DNA of 64,000 nucleotides, taken from the NCBI GenBank assembly GCA_964016885.1, contig OZ024741.1, forward strand, positions 83,390,001 through 83,454,000, given 5' to 3'. Positions 26,233 through 39,887 of the stretch are shown here, in pieces. Made by a program: the position numbers and the translations under genes. Every line of letters starts with the position of its first letter. The first letter of the stretch is position 1. The stretch is from Eledone cirrhosa. Its lineage: Eukaryota. Under the pieces are notes generated by a model. It was not told where the DNA came from. It searched no databases and was given only the letters and a program-made list of their open reading frames with translations.

Positions 26233-27722
26233 TATTGAAGTTTGCTTGAAGCACTGTGGAATAAAAAGGTAAGTTGTTTTAAGTGGTTTGGAAGCCTCGA
26301 CAATGCAGGTGGGTAAATCTCCGGGTAACAAGATCCGGTGGTGAAGAGAGAGATTTAAGTGGGTGTATGTTGAGATGCGTGGCGTGTAGAAGACTGTAGT
26401 GTGTAGGAGAATGTAGGAAAGAGCGTAAAGAATAAAAATAAAAATAATAACACGAGATAGAGTTACCTTGGGAGAGATTTAATTGTCCCTATATATTTCG
26501 CATTCACATCCATCAACTGGGTTTTTTTCCGGAAAGGTGCGAAACGTGTCCTCCGCTGTTTGTTGTTTTGGATACCTGGAGTATTCAGCAGAGCACGCGT
26601 GCGCGTGAAATGGGGTGGGTCAAGCAGAGGTCAGCGGCCGAAATAGTTCTTTCAATTGTGGGAGTGGGGTGGCGCTAGCTGTCAGTCCAAAGTATTCTCT
26701 GCCTGTTTGGTGAATGTTACTGTGTGTATGTGTGTGCGTGTGTTGTTGTCTCGCTTGAGTGTGTGTGTGACGTGTGTTGTTGCCTTGTTCCTCTGTATTG
26801 GCAGTGTAGTATGTTCGTATGGTGGAATGCTACTGTGTGTGGGTGTGTGTGTGTGTGCGTGCGTGTGTTGCTGTCTCGCTTGTGTGGGTGTGTGCGTTTT
26901 GTTACTGCATCGTTTGTTAACTTAAACCGACCTCCTCATTTCGCATCTCTCGGATCCGTTGTTTAATTGTGACCCTAGGCGTTTGATCCAAAGTGCTTCC
27001 TTGATACGTAATGTGCCGACGTTTCTTTCTGTCGCTAGAATTGTGACAATGGGCCTTCCGTCTTTATTTCCGCATTTGGCTATGTGTTTCCGGAAAGACG
27101 AGGCCCTGGTGTTACTGTGCTCCTTGATCTGGTTGTGCAGCGGCCGGATTGTGCTACCTATATAGTATTGGTTGCACTTGTTACATTCTATCTTATACAC
27201 AACGTATATGCGTAGGCAACAGTTCGCATGGCGCATCGGGCAGTCTCTGAGGGAGCACGCGTCAGTTGATATCCCATGTTTCCAGGAGAGGCATCTTCGC
27301 AGGGAGGGGGGGCCAGGTGGATGTCGAGACCCTCCCTCCGTATAGCCTTGCGGATAGCGTTGGTGGTATTGTCGCCCAGATGTGGCATTTTAAGGAATCA
27401 CTTGCCTTGGGTGCCTCTCTGTCTCCTGTGTCTGGTGTCTCCTACTCTGTCTGTGAGCGAGGTAGGGCACCCGTTCGTCTCCAGCACCTCGAGGAATCGC
27501 TTGGTATGATGACACCACTCGCGGGATCGCTGCATCTGTTTTTGATTCGCGCGATCTCGTTGGTGATGTATCCTCTTTTGGCACTGATATGGAGGGCAGA
27601 CTCGTAGTGGCCGAACAGTTCCCTGCAGGTTTCCTTTCGGTAGAAGTTGCAGTGGACCCCCCCCCCCCTGTTCCGTGATGTTGATTCGGAAGTCGAGGAG
27701 GGCAAGTGACTCGTCGTCGTTG
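26228..27722 (-). mobile_element. PLE 3' half (probably Nematis-like): RT thumb + GIY-YIG + 3' UTR
   Basis: LALLDFRI..FYRKE..HYESAL..YITNEIARIKNRCS; CCLRIYVVYKIECNKCNQYYIGSTIRPLHNQIKEH..LRIKEALWI. Confidence 0.85.
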
Positions 27723-28064
27723 GGGTGTTTATTAGTCAAAAAGAGTGTCATATTCGATACATATGAAAATGAAACAAATATATGAGAAAGAAAAAAATGT
27801 TTTTGTTTAAATCAAAGAGAAAGTAATAGGGAGGGTTTATCAATTATAAATTAACACTAGAGAAAAAGAAAACAAAAATAGGTTCGCACGTACGCACACA
27901 TACATTAAAAAAGTATATATATATATGAATACGTACAGGCAAAAGCGCATTCATACGTACATACGAAGCACACATATATCGGCACACGTATATCTAAGCA
28001 CACGTACGTACGCGACTATATATATACACATATGCATGCACACACATACATACATATACATATC

Positions 28065-28109
<45 letters not shown>

Positions 28110-30550
28110 GTACTTATACACATACGTTCACCCACCTACACACACTCGTATAAAATATAGATATAAAAATATACATGCTCACACATATAGACACACACAC
28201 GCACACACAAGGAAGCGCATACACACTCACACGCATACATACAAATTATAGACCAGCCATATGAAAAAAAGAAATACAAATATAAAAGCGGCTACGAAAC
28301 AACAGTATATATCTGGAGTTGAAAACGCAAGTGACAACTGATATCAGGTAGTGAAAGAAAATGGGGAAGTAAAGTGTGGAATTTGAAGATATTACGTAAA
28401 TGAATCAAAAAGTAAGGAGGGGGGGCACTTGTGGATGTGAAGTGAAAATAATAATAAAAATGAAAATAAAGTTAAAAATGAAAGTAAATCAGAAAGATAA
28501 GTCTGTAAAGAGGATGATTTAAGGAAAGTGAAGAACAAGAGTTTATGGAGGATAAGTATCTGAAAGTGAGTTAAGTTTATATGAGCTGGAAGGCAAGTGT
28601 GATTTCATGTGTGGGCAACTGGTGAAAATTTCTGTTTTTGTATGTAGGCAGGTTTTGGGTGATTTAAGGTTCTGTAAATTCCAATATTTTTCACTTATGC
28701 AGAGTGTGCATCGTCTTGTTCCTCTTGCATATTCTTTCGGTTGGTTCAAAATTGACCAATCCAATTTATATTGGATACCTTGGTCTTTCAAATCCCATAT
28801 TCTGCTAGCCAGAGCTGTTGTAAATCCTTTTCTGGATGTCGGAAAGATGCGAGATGTGAGAAATAACGTGTTTTGAATTTGTCTTGTGTCAAACCCACAT
28901 ATCGTTCGCTGGTGGCTGGTAGGTTGTTGCTGATGGTTGTCACTTTAGCTGCATATACAATGGCTTTGGTGTTTCATTTACCTTGTAATGGGCATTCACT
29001 TTTGATTCTACAGGAGCAATGTTGATGTTCTCTGGGTGATTTCTTATTGATGATATAAGATTTAATATGGGGACCGCAGGAGTAGCTAATTTTTACACAG
29101 TTTCTATTGAAGATCTTATAGTATCTATGTGTTCTAGGGAAATGGTTATCTAAGAGCTCTAGTAATGTTTTGCCTACATTAGTTTTAACTGCTAAAGTGT
29201 AGGGGATGTGAACCAGATTATTTTTCTTTTCCTATTATTATGTTTAAAAGAGTTAGTATTGTTGGGTATGTACTTAATCGGTTCGCTAAATCCGCTATTT
29301 TGAAGGGGTTTATTATAGTAGGGGGATGCCTTATTGAAAATAGATTCTGAGGAAGAGAGGGTGGAGATTCTACGGCTAATATTAGGAATAAGGTTTTTAA
29401 AAACTATAGGAGGATGGCAAGAGCCTTTATTTATATATTTTAAATGTTCATTAGGTGTATGGTACGGTTTATAAGAAGCAGTAGGCAGATCTAGGTTTAT
29501 ATCTGGAAAATTAACATTGGAAAGGTTAGTGTCAATAGTAATTTTAAGATTAAAACTAGCGAAGGTTTTTTTGAAGTCTTTCCTTAATCTATCTAAGTTA
29601 TGGTCTATGGTAGGTATGGGAAACTATTAGACCATCGTCGCGATAAAGCACAAAAATATGGTTAGGGAATTGTTCTTTAAGTGTGTGTAGGAGGAATAGG
29701 CCGACTAAATCACAAACATCAGCACTGTCAAAAGAACCCATTGAGACATCGAATGGGTTCTCTGGGTTAGATATGTTTACCCAAGTGTCATTATCAGTAA
29801 AGAGTAGAGTGTTTCTAGCATGCAAGATGACATTCTCTTCAATATCAGAAATATTGGTAAACTTTCTAGCGAAATTTAAGGCTTTCGCTAAAAGAGATTG
29901 AGTGATAGACGGGTAGAAATCTACAATGTCAAATTGGGTGAATCTAGAAATATTTTTATCTTTAATATTATTAAACCAATGTACTACGGAAGAGTTATTT
30001 ATCCATTGGAGTAATTCAGACTTACTTCTAATCTGTGTGTTTTTATTATTTAAAATTTGTTTGCTAGCAAGACTGATATCAGTCTTAACAGGGTTGATTA
30101 ATCTACAACTAGGACGATTAATAAAGTCAGATTTGTGATCTTTAAGGTTGATATAGGCATTACGTTTAGCAAGTTTTTCTGTCCTATTATCTATTTTTAA
30201 AAACTAGCTAATTCTTTAGCTTCCTTATTTATATTATTATACGTGTTTATATTAGCTATTTGGTATTTAGAGGTGATGTTATCTATTAAGAGTTGGTCAT
30301 GTAAATTATTATTAACTTCATATAAGTTTTTAGTTTTGTCGGAGAAAATGAACTTATTTTTAGAAGATTTGAATATTGAAATATCATTAGATAGTTTAGA
30401 TTGAAAAGGGTTAGAGTACTTACGAAAATTGATATTGTTGATTAAATTAACTAAGTCTAGTTCAAAAGCGGTCATATCTTTTACTCTTTGCGGGTATTTA
30501 TGAGTTTTGATATCAAAATGTTCCGTAGAGTCCGTGTTAAAGTGTCCATC
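27722..30550 (-). mobile_element. Hydra-like PLE family C, nearly complete disrupted ORF plus partial 3' UTR
   Basis: AFELDL..FSDKTKNLY; NLKDHK..CRLINP; FDVSMGSFDSADVCDLVG; LYRDDGL; IIWF; CSC..CPLQG; CTLCISEK; stop at 28543. Closely related to 39886-42360. Confidence 0.9.
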
Positions 30551-30614
30551 GAGAATATTCAAATCTTCTAAAAATAAGTTCGTTTTCTCCGACAAAACTA
30601 AAAACTTATACGAA

Positions 30615-31682
<1,068 letters not shown>

Positions 31683-31690
31683 GAGAGAGA

Positions 31691-32420
31691 GAGAATTAGT
31701 ATATTTACCAACATATGTGTACAGATGTTCACCTATGCTAGCAAATATATATGTTATGTCTTAGTACCTTTGCGGTTCTATGCAGGGGGATGCAGAACAA
31801 TTATATGAAAGACGTAAAATAAGAAAATTTTAAAAATTAAAAATCAACTTACTTACTAAAATGTTCACTCCAACTAATTAGTTTCTGTAAGGGGATAAAT
31901 ATAGTTACATAATATAACTATAGAGAATTCCTTACGTCACCAGGTAGTCTATTCTCAGCTAAGTTCCCAGGCGATGCGCGGACACTAGGAACCCATATAA
32001 AAATAATAATAATTCAGTGGATGGAACAGAGCTAGCGAGGACTAAATTCCGGAGCACTGAAAAAATTCACTCCCTCTGGTCAGTGGCAGATTCTAAAGAA
32101 TCAATCACGTGACACTGAGGTTAATCAGTTAGGAGCGGGGTGGTATTATGACAAGAACCTACTACTACCATGAATCAGCAGTAAATTTTGGCAAGTTTTG
32201 CTAAACAAATAATTTGGAGATAAATATAGAGAATTAGTATATTTACCAACATATGTGTACAGATGTTCACCTATGCTAGCAAATATATATGTTATGTCTT
32301 AATACCTTTGTGGTTCTATGCAGGGGGATGCAAAATAATTATATGAAAGACGTAAAATAAGAAAATAAGAAAATTTTAGTAAGTAAGTTGATTTTAAATT
32401 TTCTTATTTTACGTCTTTTT
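31691..32420 (-). mobile_element. Non-autonomous hammerhead-containing unit (538-bp monomer, 1.3-mer plus short inversion)
   Basis: 31691-31830 is repeated at 32229-32378. 32370-32420 inverts 31808-31862. HHR at 31868-31947 (-). No ORF. Confidence 0.75.
31868..31947 (-). ncRNA. Hammerhead motif (mutated core)
   Basis: CTAC-CTGGTGA-CGTAAGG...CCTTACA-GAAA-CTAATTAG-TT-GGAG, with palindromic stem III. Confidence 0.65.
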
Positions 32421-32686
32421 TCACATAAAAACAGGTAGAATTTTTTTCACATAAAAACAGGTAGAATTTCCAAAACTAATCAGATTAGAGCAAACATCAC
32501 GGACGCTCTATCTAAAAATTATTTTTAAAAAGCATAAGAAATGCGCAACCGGTAAAACTTAAAACCAAAACAGAATACTTACCAATACTATTATTAATTC
32601 TCACTTATTCCTAATTAAACTATTTTTCACTGTGAACAATTTGTCAGCATTTTCTTTTCCGTTTACCAATATATCATAACCTCTAT

Positions 32687-32763
<77 letters not shown>

Positions 32764-32904
32764 AATAAAATACAGAGTTACTAACTGATATCCTGCAATT
32801 AACATATATATATTATATATCTTACGTTAAATCTATCAAACCAATGTGGTATTTCAACCTCTGTTTATTTCTATATATATTATTATTATATATATATGAA
32901 TATA

Positions 32905-32966
32905 TACAGCTAGTTCCAGACTGATTGCCGAGGTGTTTAGCGATTTACTGGCTGTATCATCAGGGG
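32905..32966 (-). ncRNA. Decayed hammerhead in a PLE 3' remnant
   Basis: CCC-CTGATGA-TACAGC...GTCTG-GAAC-TAGCT-GTA. Confidence 0.4.
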
Positions 32967-33587
32967 TTGTTGTTTGTCGAAATAAGGGCATACATTATTT
33001 ATCGAATAAATATATTAGTTTGTGTATGTGTAATGCAAATACTTGTGTGAGTTTCTGTACGTATTGATAGGAATGCGGGAGTTGATTTATTGGTGTTAAA
33101 AAATTGAAACAAGCATTGTAAATAAATCCAATGTCCTCATGTAACACGTGGGTTTGCTATTCTCAAGTCCAGAAGGAACTATTTCCGCATGTACTCACAG
33201 AAGCACCCACACTAAATTAATGTTAAATGATAGGAAGATACATATTTTATGTGGGTGTCTGTAAATATATATATATATATTCATGTATCTTTCCCGCGAA
33301 TGATGATTTTTAGTCGCATGCCGATGACAGCTTTCAATTGATAAGAAGGAAAGAAATTTAAATTCAAAATAACACTCTAGAGGATTTTCTAAGGTACTTA
33401 CACTTAAATAATAGAACAAACATCAACGTATAATTTCCATCAATATTTTCTACATGAGCGTCGGGTGATGCAGTGTGTACAGGTTTAATTGCTAGCATAA
33501 TAAAATCGAAAAGGAATTTTGTTTTATTTTTTCTCTCCTATATGATTGGGATTATACAATGTTTTCTATTCTTTTCTGCCCAGCTAA

Positions 33588-33697
<110 letters not shown>

Positions 33698-33752
33698 GTG
33701 AGGTTTTTTTTACAAAATGAAAAATAACCGAGGTGTCCTACACGAGTGAAAG

Positions 33753-34048
33753 TATAAAGAAAAAGAGATGAAATCGAAAATGCAACAGGAGTCTTATTTT
33801 TTTTTTAAATATATATATTTATTTGGTTCCTTTACCGGTTTCGCATTTCTTCTGCTTTTCAAACGGTGAGTTGAGATGGAGGGTCTGTGGATTTTCTCAC
33901 ATCTGATGTGAGAAAAACCACAGACCCTCAATCTCAACTCACCTTTTGAAAAGCAGAACTGCGAAACCGGTAAAGGAACCAAATAAATATATATATTTTT
34001 AAAAAAAATAAGACTCCTGTTGCATTTTCGATTTCATCATCACTTTTT

Positions 34049-34055
<7 letters not shown>
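33753..34055. repeat. Near loop-less palindrome of PLE 3' ends, TA-flanked
   Basis: Centre CACATC-T-GATGTG at ~33904. Arms of ~150 bp. Confidence 0.92.
33942..33976 (+). ncRNA. Minimal hammerhead, U3-A8 core
   Basis: CCTT-TTGAAAA-GCAG-AA-CTGC-GAAA-CCGG-TA-AAGG. Inverted copy at ~33828-33866. Confidence 0.75.
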
Positions 34056-34079
<24 letters not shown>

Positions 34080-34987
34080 CGTATATATATATATATATAT
34101 ATATACATATACGTATATATATCTGTGTGTGCGCGCGCGTTTCCTGGGTTCACTCGGGGTAACCATAGTAAATAAGGTACTCAATACATACCAGAGTATA
34201 TACAATACTCAATATAGAAATGGCTTCTACGGGACTAGAACTGTTTCATTCGAAGAGCACGAATGAGGGTCTCAGTCTACTGACATGCCTTAAAAGAGGC
34301 TTGTTTGCATAATTGCAAACGAATCGAATATTTTGGTTAATACTCGAAAAACTCAAATTACATTTATTGTATTCAGACATGTAGAGCGATAACTTTTTGT
34401 TTTACTTTCCCGCTCGCTCAATGATTTTCACGGGACTTGCATTTCCGAAATGCTTGATCTGGATCATGTGCGGGTATTAAACAATCGTTGGTTTCTTCTT
34501 CGTATCATGTGCACTGTGCCGCAATAGTCGTATCAAGTACACAGAAGACAAGCATTAAATTCTGAATCATCTGGCAGGAACGGACGTGAATACGTTCAAC
34601 GGGGAGCGATCATTCGTCAACGGGGAGCGATCATTTGTCTTCTAACCCTAAGGTCTAATAGTAATGTAGTAGAAGTTCTTGCCTGTCACTATATAATTTA
34701 GAATAAGTCGTTTTCAAATAGGAAAACAGATAAAGGTTGGTGAAGAAGTTATAATATGAGATTTATTAGAGGAAACTACTCAGAAGGCTACATAAAAGAT
34801 TTACTTGTATAAACTCATTGTTTCAAATGTTTAAATACTCTTATAGAGCAAATATTACATTGAAAATATGACCCTCATATAATTAATTAACTAATAATTA
34901 ATTGTATCTCCTGAGACATGGCAGAAACGCGCATTAATTAAAATATATAAACAACAGCATTCGGACATATTTTCAATGCTATATATA

Positions 34988-35106
<119 letters not shown>

Positions 35107-35124
35107 GAAAAGAGTTCAAAGTTC

Positions 35125-35260
35125 AGAAATAGCTGTCGAAACGGCCGGAGCTTAGCTGTCGGGGTCCTGAATCTTTTACTATTACCCACTCTACTATCCA
35201 TAATATCGAGTACTTTGGTGGGTTATGGTCCACCTGGTTCCTTACCACACCTTCGTTATA
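35125..35260 (+). repeat. Isolated PLE 3' terminus (related to family B)
   Basis: GAAACGGCC..GCTGTC-GGGGT...TATCGAGTAC...GTTATA followed by (TA)n. Confidence 0.75.
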
Positions 35261-35315
35261 TATATAGATATATTAAAATAACAGATTAAAGTTGAAGCAA
35301 AGAACCGCTGCTTAT

Positions 35316-35881
35316 AACCTAGATAACTTGGTCATTTGAAATTCGAGCACATGTATACTTGTATCGGTGTTCATCCCTCTCATATATTCAGTTGTATTAC
35401 ACGGCTCCGAAAAATTCCCTTCCTTCAGCTATTTAATTGTAAAAGACTATTTTCAGTTTCTAACTCAATATATGATATTCTCGGCTCCATGCGTAGAGCT
35501 AACTTTAGTCCCATAAAACAGGCTGCTATTTTTAGCGGCACGAGTATGAGACGCGCTAGGCGCTGTAACATGTGCGTTTACCAACACATAGTTCAGTCTC
35601 CTTAGATCTTTTGAAGTGAAAGGTACGAATTTCCCGTATACCCGCAGAAGAGCACGGGTACGGTGACTTTCACTTAATAATTGTTGCGAAACAGATTTAG
35701 ATCTGTCCGGGTATCAAACGGCGATTGCCCAATATAGGTTTATTTTTATTGATTTATTACTTTAAATCGAGACAGGCACACCATACAGTTTTAAATTATT
35801 ATTTTTCAACCTAGCTAACTTGGTCATTTGCAATTCGAACACATGTATACTTGTATCGGTGTTCATACCTCTCATATATTC

Positions 35882-35885
<4 letters not shown>
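35316..35885 (+). mobile_element. Non-autonomous hammerhead-containing unit (492-bp monomer, 1.16-mer)
   Basis: 35316-35393 is repeated at 35808-35885, followed by (TA)n. HHR at 35638-35714. Confidence 0.75.
35638..35714 (+). ncRNA. Type I hammerhead (U4A substitution)
   Basis: ATACCCG-CAGAAGA-GCA...TGC-GAAA-CAGAT-TTAG-ATCTG-TC-CGGGTAT, with a perfect 7-bp stem I. Confidence 0.75.
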
Positions 35886-35912
<27 letters not shown>

Positions 35913-36124
35913 CAAACATATGTGGGTGTGTGTGAGTGTGTATGTGTGTGTCTGTGTGTGTGTGTGTGTGTGAGTGTAGGGGGGGTATGTGTGTGTGTGT
36001 GTTGTTTTTTGTCACAAAAATCTATATATTTTGGTCGTGTGAATGAACAAATGGTGACATTCGATGGTTTAGAAGCTGTATTTTACAAAAAGTATTGTAA
36101 CGCATGGTTTCAAATGATGATATA

Positions 36125-36325
36125 TTGTTCCTAATTTAGGCATATGACAAGTAATTTTGTGGATGTGGGTTACGTCAGTTACAGTGAACCCTAGTTTATA
36201 ACTGGTATTTTATTTTTAGTGACCCCGGAAAGATGGAAAACAAAAGTGTCCTCAGCCATACTTGATTACATAACTTGAAGCGACGTCACTAGATGGCGCA
36301 AAGCATTTTTCTGACATTATAACGT
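36125..36325 (-). mobile_element. Degenerate SINE (family 1 relative)
   Basis: ACTGGTATTTTATTTT..GACCCCGGAAAGATGGAAAACAAA matches the reverse complement of the SINE core. Confidence 0.6.
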
Positions 36326-37340
36326 TATATATACATTATCAGAGGGGATTAAATATATCCGAACAAATAAGATAATAGGTTGAGTATTTTCTATTGTAAG
36401 TAGTGGAGCTGATAGCAATATGATGGTGACTTAGTTTCCTAGGATTCTCAGTTTTATTTATTGAAATAACTTTTCACATTCAGTAAAGCGTAAAGAAAAT
36501 TGGTGTGATATCAAATTGAAATCCAAGCAAACTCACCGGTTATTTACGTGTTGTTCCAATGACCATGTTTCACCAAAATTTAGCTAAAATATATATATAT
36601 AACGGAAATAGAATATATCGATATATCGAATAGAGAGCGAAATATCAGTGCAAGTTTGAGTATATGAGAAATTCGTTTTGTAATTATTAGGTCCGGCATG
36701 GCACCTTGGCCAAGTGTCTTAGCAAAGGCTTTTGAGTGAAATTTGGAAGATGTGAAGAATGTGGAAGCCAGACGGTCTAGACTTGTAACACACTATATCA
36801 GGCTGTTTCTCCCCGAGAAAGCCATTTAAAAATTCATTTACGAATCCTACATTTACATGAATAAACGGTTGAATAACTCCTCCGAAAACAATCAGAGGAA
36901 CAAACATGATCATCAGATAAATATAACAAGTAAACAAAGATTCTTTCCAAAAATATATATTTCATCAAAACATATTGCTGTACAAAATATTTAACGGTTT
37001 AACGGTTGATAACGTTAACTTGTATACACATTCTCGTAAGAAATGACACGTACATTTGTAAATTTCCAATAATGCATGCTAATACAAGTGAAGACAACGT
37101 GTCGTCCATTGGGAGTACAAACAATTTCGTGTTAGTAAAGGAATATATTTTCTTTCCTAATTACAATCTCATGGTTGTATTATTTAGTGAAGCACAAGCA
37201 AAACACGAAATTAAGGTGTATGACTAAGTTATTGCAACACCCATAATCTTCAAATGGACTAAGGTGGCGAAGATAATATTGGTTGGATGTTTCATAACAT
37301 CTATCTATATATATAGATATATCAATCTATCTATCTATCC

Positions 37341-37402
<62 letters not shown>

Positions 37403-37688
37403 ATGTATGTATGTATGTATATATATATATATATATATGTTTTTATCCTGATATCTCTATCTCAAATATATAAATATGTATATACCCCTATTCTCTTCCT
37501 TCTTTTTCTCCTTCTTCTCCTTTCCCTTCTACCTCACTACTACCACTAGAATCAAAGCCAACAACGAAAGAAGTCTACGGACAAAAATGTGAACTTTTCT
37601 CCCTAAATATGTATGTAAAAACAAAATGTTTGTCTCCATATTTTTATTATTCTTATTAGTATGCAATATAACTGCATTATACACTCCT

Positions 37689-37727
37689 GTTGTTGAAAAA
37701 AGTATATAAACCTGAAACAGGTAGAAT
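37689..37727 (+). ncRNA. Decayed minimal hammerhead, U3-A8 core
   Basis: TTGAAAA-AAGT-ATATAA-ACCT-GAAA-CAGG-TA-GAAT. Confidence 0.5.
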
Positions 37728-37871
37728 TAAATGCGGAAATACCTATTTTATAAATAAATGTGTTGATGTTATTTTGTGAGAGAAAACCGCTTTAGCATTT
37801 TCTACTGTGTTTTGTATTCCTTTTTTACTTTATATAAATGTGTGGGTGGGTGGGTGTATATATATGTATAG

Positions 37872-37944
<73 letters not shown>

Positions 37945-38307
37945 AGAGATAGAAATAGGCAGATATACCATTATTTAAACGAGTACTCGATACTTGCGAT
38001 GGTAAACTGTACCCATATGAGAAAGAGACGGGGTCCGACAGCTGAGCTCTCGCCGTTTTAACAGCTCCTTCCAGATTGCCTGAGACTAGGTACTGAAAAA
38101 ACAAGAGCCCAATAGACTATACGAAATCACAGAGCAACCTGCTGATTTTGGCCCCTAGGGCGATGGAACACGTTGCCACACACAATCTAACACAATAATA
38201 TCGGGGCATACTCATACAGTTTAGTTCTTGGGAGGCTAATCTAATATATTGATTGAGTATTTCAACAAAATTAATAAAAATATTCTTAACCGATTAATGA
38301 ATCAATT

Positions 38308-38651
38308 AATAATTGTTTCTACTTTTGGCTCAAGTCCAGCAATTATCCCAGTGTATTACTGGTACTTTATTTTACCGACGCCATAAGGATGAAAGGCAAA
38401 GATAACATCGGCGGGATTCGATCTCAAAATAATTGTTTCTAGTTTAGGCACAAAGCCAGAAATTTGTGAGGGGAGAGGAATGTCGATTAAATCAACCCCA
38501 GTCAATTAATTGCGCCTTATTTTATCGACCCTGCATGGATGAAAGGCAACACTAAACTAGGCGAGATTTGAACTCAAAACGTAAAGGGCCGTAACTCTCT
38601 GCTGCAAAGCATGATTTCTGACGTTCTACTGATACTGCCAACCATCCACCC
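38308..38651 (-). mobile_element. Two tandem SINE family 1 copies (one partial, one full)
   Basis: Two AATTGTTTCTA..GGATGAAAGGC..TTYGA units at 38308-38428 and 38429-38651. Confidence 0.85.
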
Positions 38652-38659
38652 TATCCAAA

Positions 38660-38810
38660 TAATAATAATTTCTTTGTTGGCCACTAGGCCCTATATATAG
38701 GGGACAATACAAAACAGACGATTGCGCTTACGAAAAACATCGAGTAAAAATATGTATAAAAACAATAACAATTAACCAAAGAAATACAAAAATGAAAATT
38801 CTCTATGTAA
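38660..38810 (-). mobile_element. Tx1-like LINE 3' UTR end
   Basis: Reverse complement matches 14100-14222 (TTTTACTCGA..GTATTGT..ATAGGGCC..GTGGCCAACAAA). Confidence 0.7.
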
Positions 38811-39811
38811 AACAATAACAGATGTTATTGACAGGCGTGGTATTTTGTGACCAACAAAATCATTGATACTCAGTATGGTTTGTTTTAATACATTGTTTTA
38901 TTACTGGAAATGGACAGTAAGATCTGGTCCATATTTACAAATTTTTATTAAGGCAGAAATACGTGAAGAATGGGGTAGCAACTAAAATTACATTATATTG
39001 CTTGTTAGAAGATTCTAAAATGTGTTCTGGAAATGATACCACCGCCATTGCCAGAAAATTCAGTTACCGAAAGAAACACGAACATAGAATAAAATAAATT
39101 GATGTAAGCATGTATCTGAAAGTGCCTATTCTATATATATACATATATATATAAGTTTACATGTGTATCAGTGTGATCACATGCATCTTGCTATGAGGAA
39201 TCGTTTTTATGATATTCTGCTCCCAATAAATATGATAAAACACTATACTTCATACTGAAAACAACATACACATTTTTAAAGGGTGCTTTTATCTAAAAGC
39301 CCTACTGCTTGCTAAGTGGAAATACTCAGCAAGTTTGAGTGATTTTCAACCACGTTAATTTGATTTAAATGCTTCCGTTATATCTTTTCTTTTTCCCCTT
39401 TTTCTTTACAGATTTATATAATATAACAGGCTATCTATATTACTCTAATTCATACCTTAACACATGTTACCATGTCTATACTACATTTCACCACATAATA
39501 CAATATGTCAGCTAGAATATAAAACAGGGACTCGTTAACAAAGTCAAATGTCAAATTTACATCTCGTAGATATTTCCATTTCTTTTGAGACGTTTTACTC
39601 GTAAACATGCGTTTTAGGAAGCTTTACTTTTAACGGTATCTTATAAACTCGTATAAGCTCATGAATAAAGCTCACTAATTTAATGGCTCTTTTATTCTGG
39701 AGATTATTGAAGTTTGGGATTTGAAACCTTGGGCAACGCTTTTGTTCTGAATATAAACATAAATGAATAATATCATATATGATATAATATAATATAATAT
39801 AATATAATATA

Positions 39812-39885
<74 letters not shown>

Positions 39886-39887
<2 letters not shown>

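Noticed and set aside
34604-34640. 21-bp tandem duplication TCAACGGGGAGCGATCATT in a CpG-richer patch
   Set aside because: Two copies only. No supportable function.
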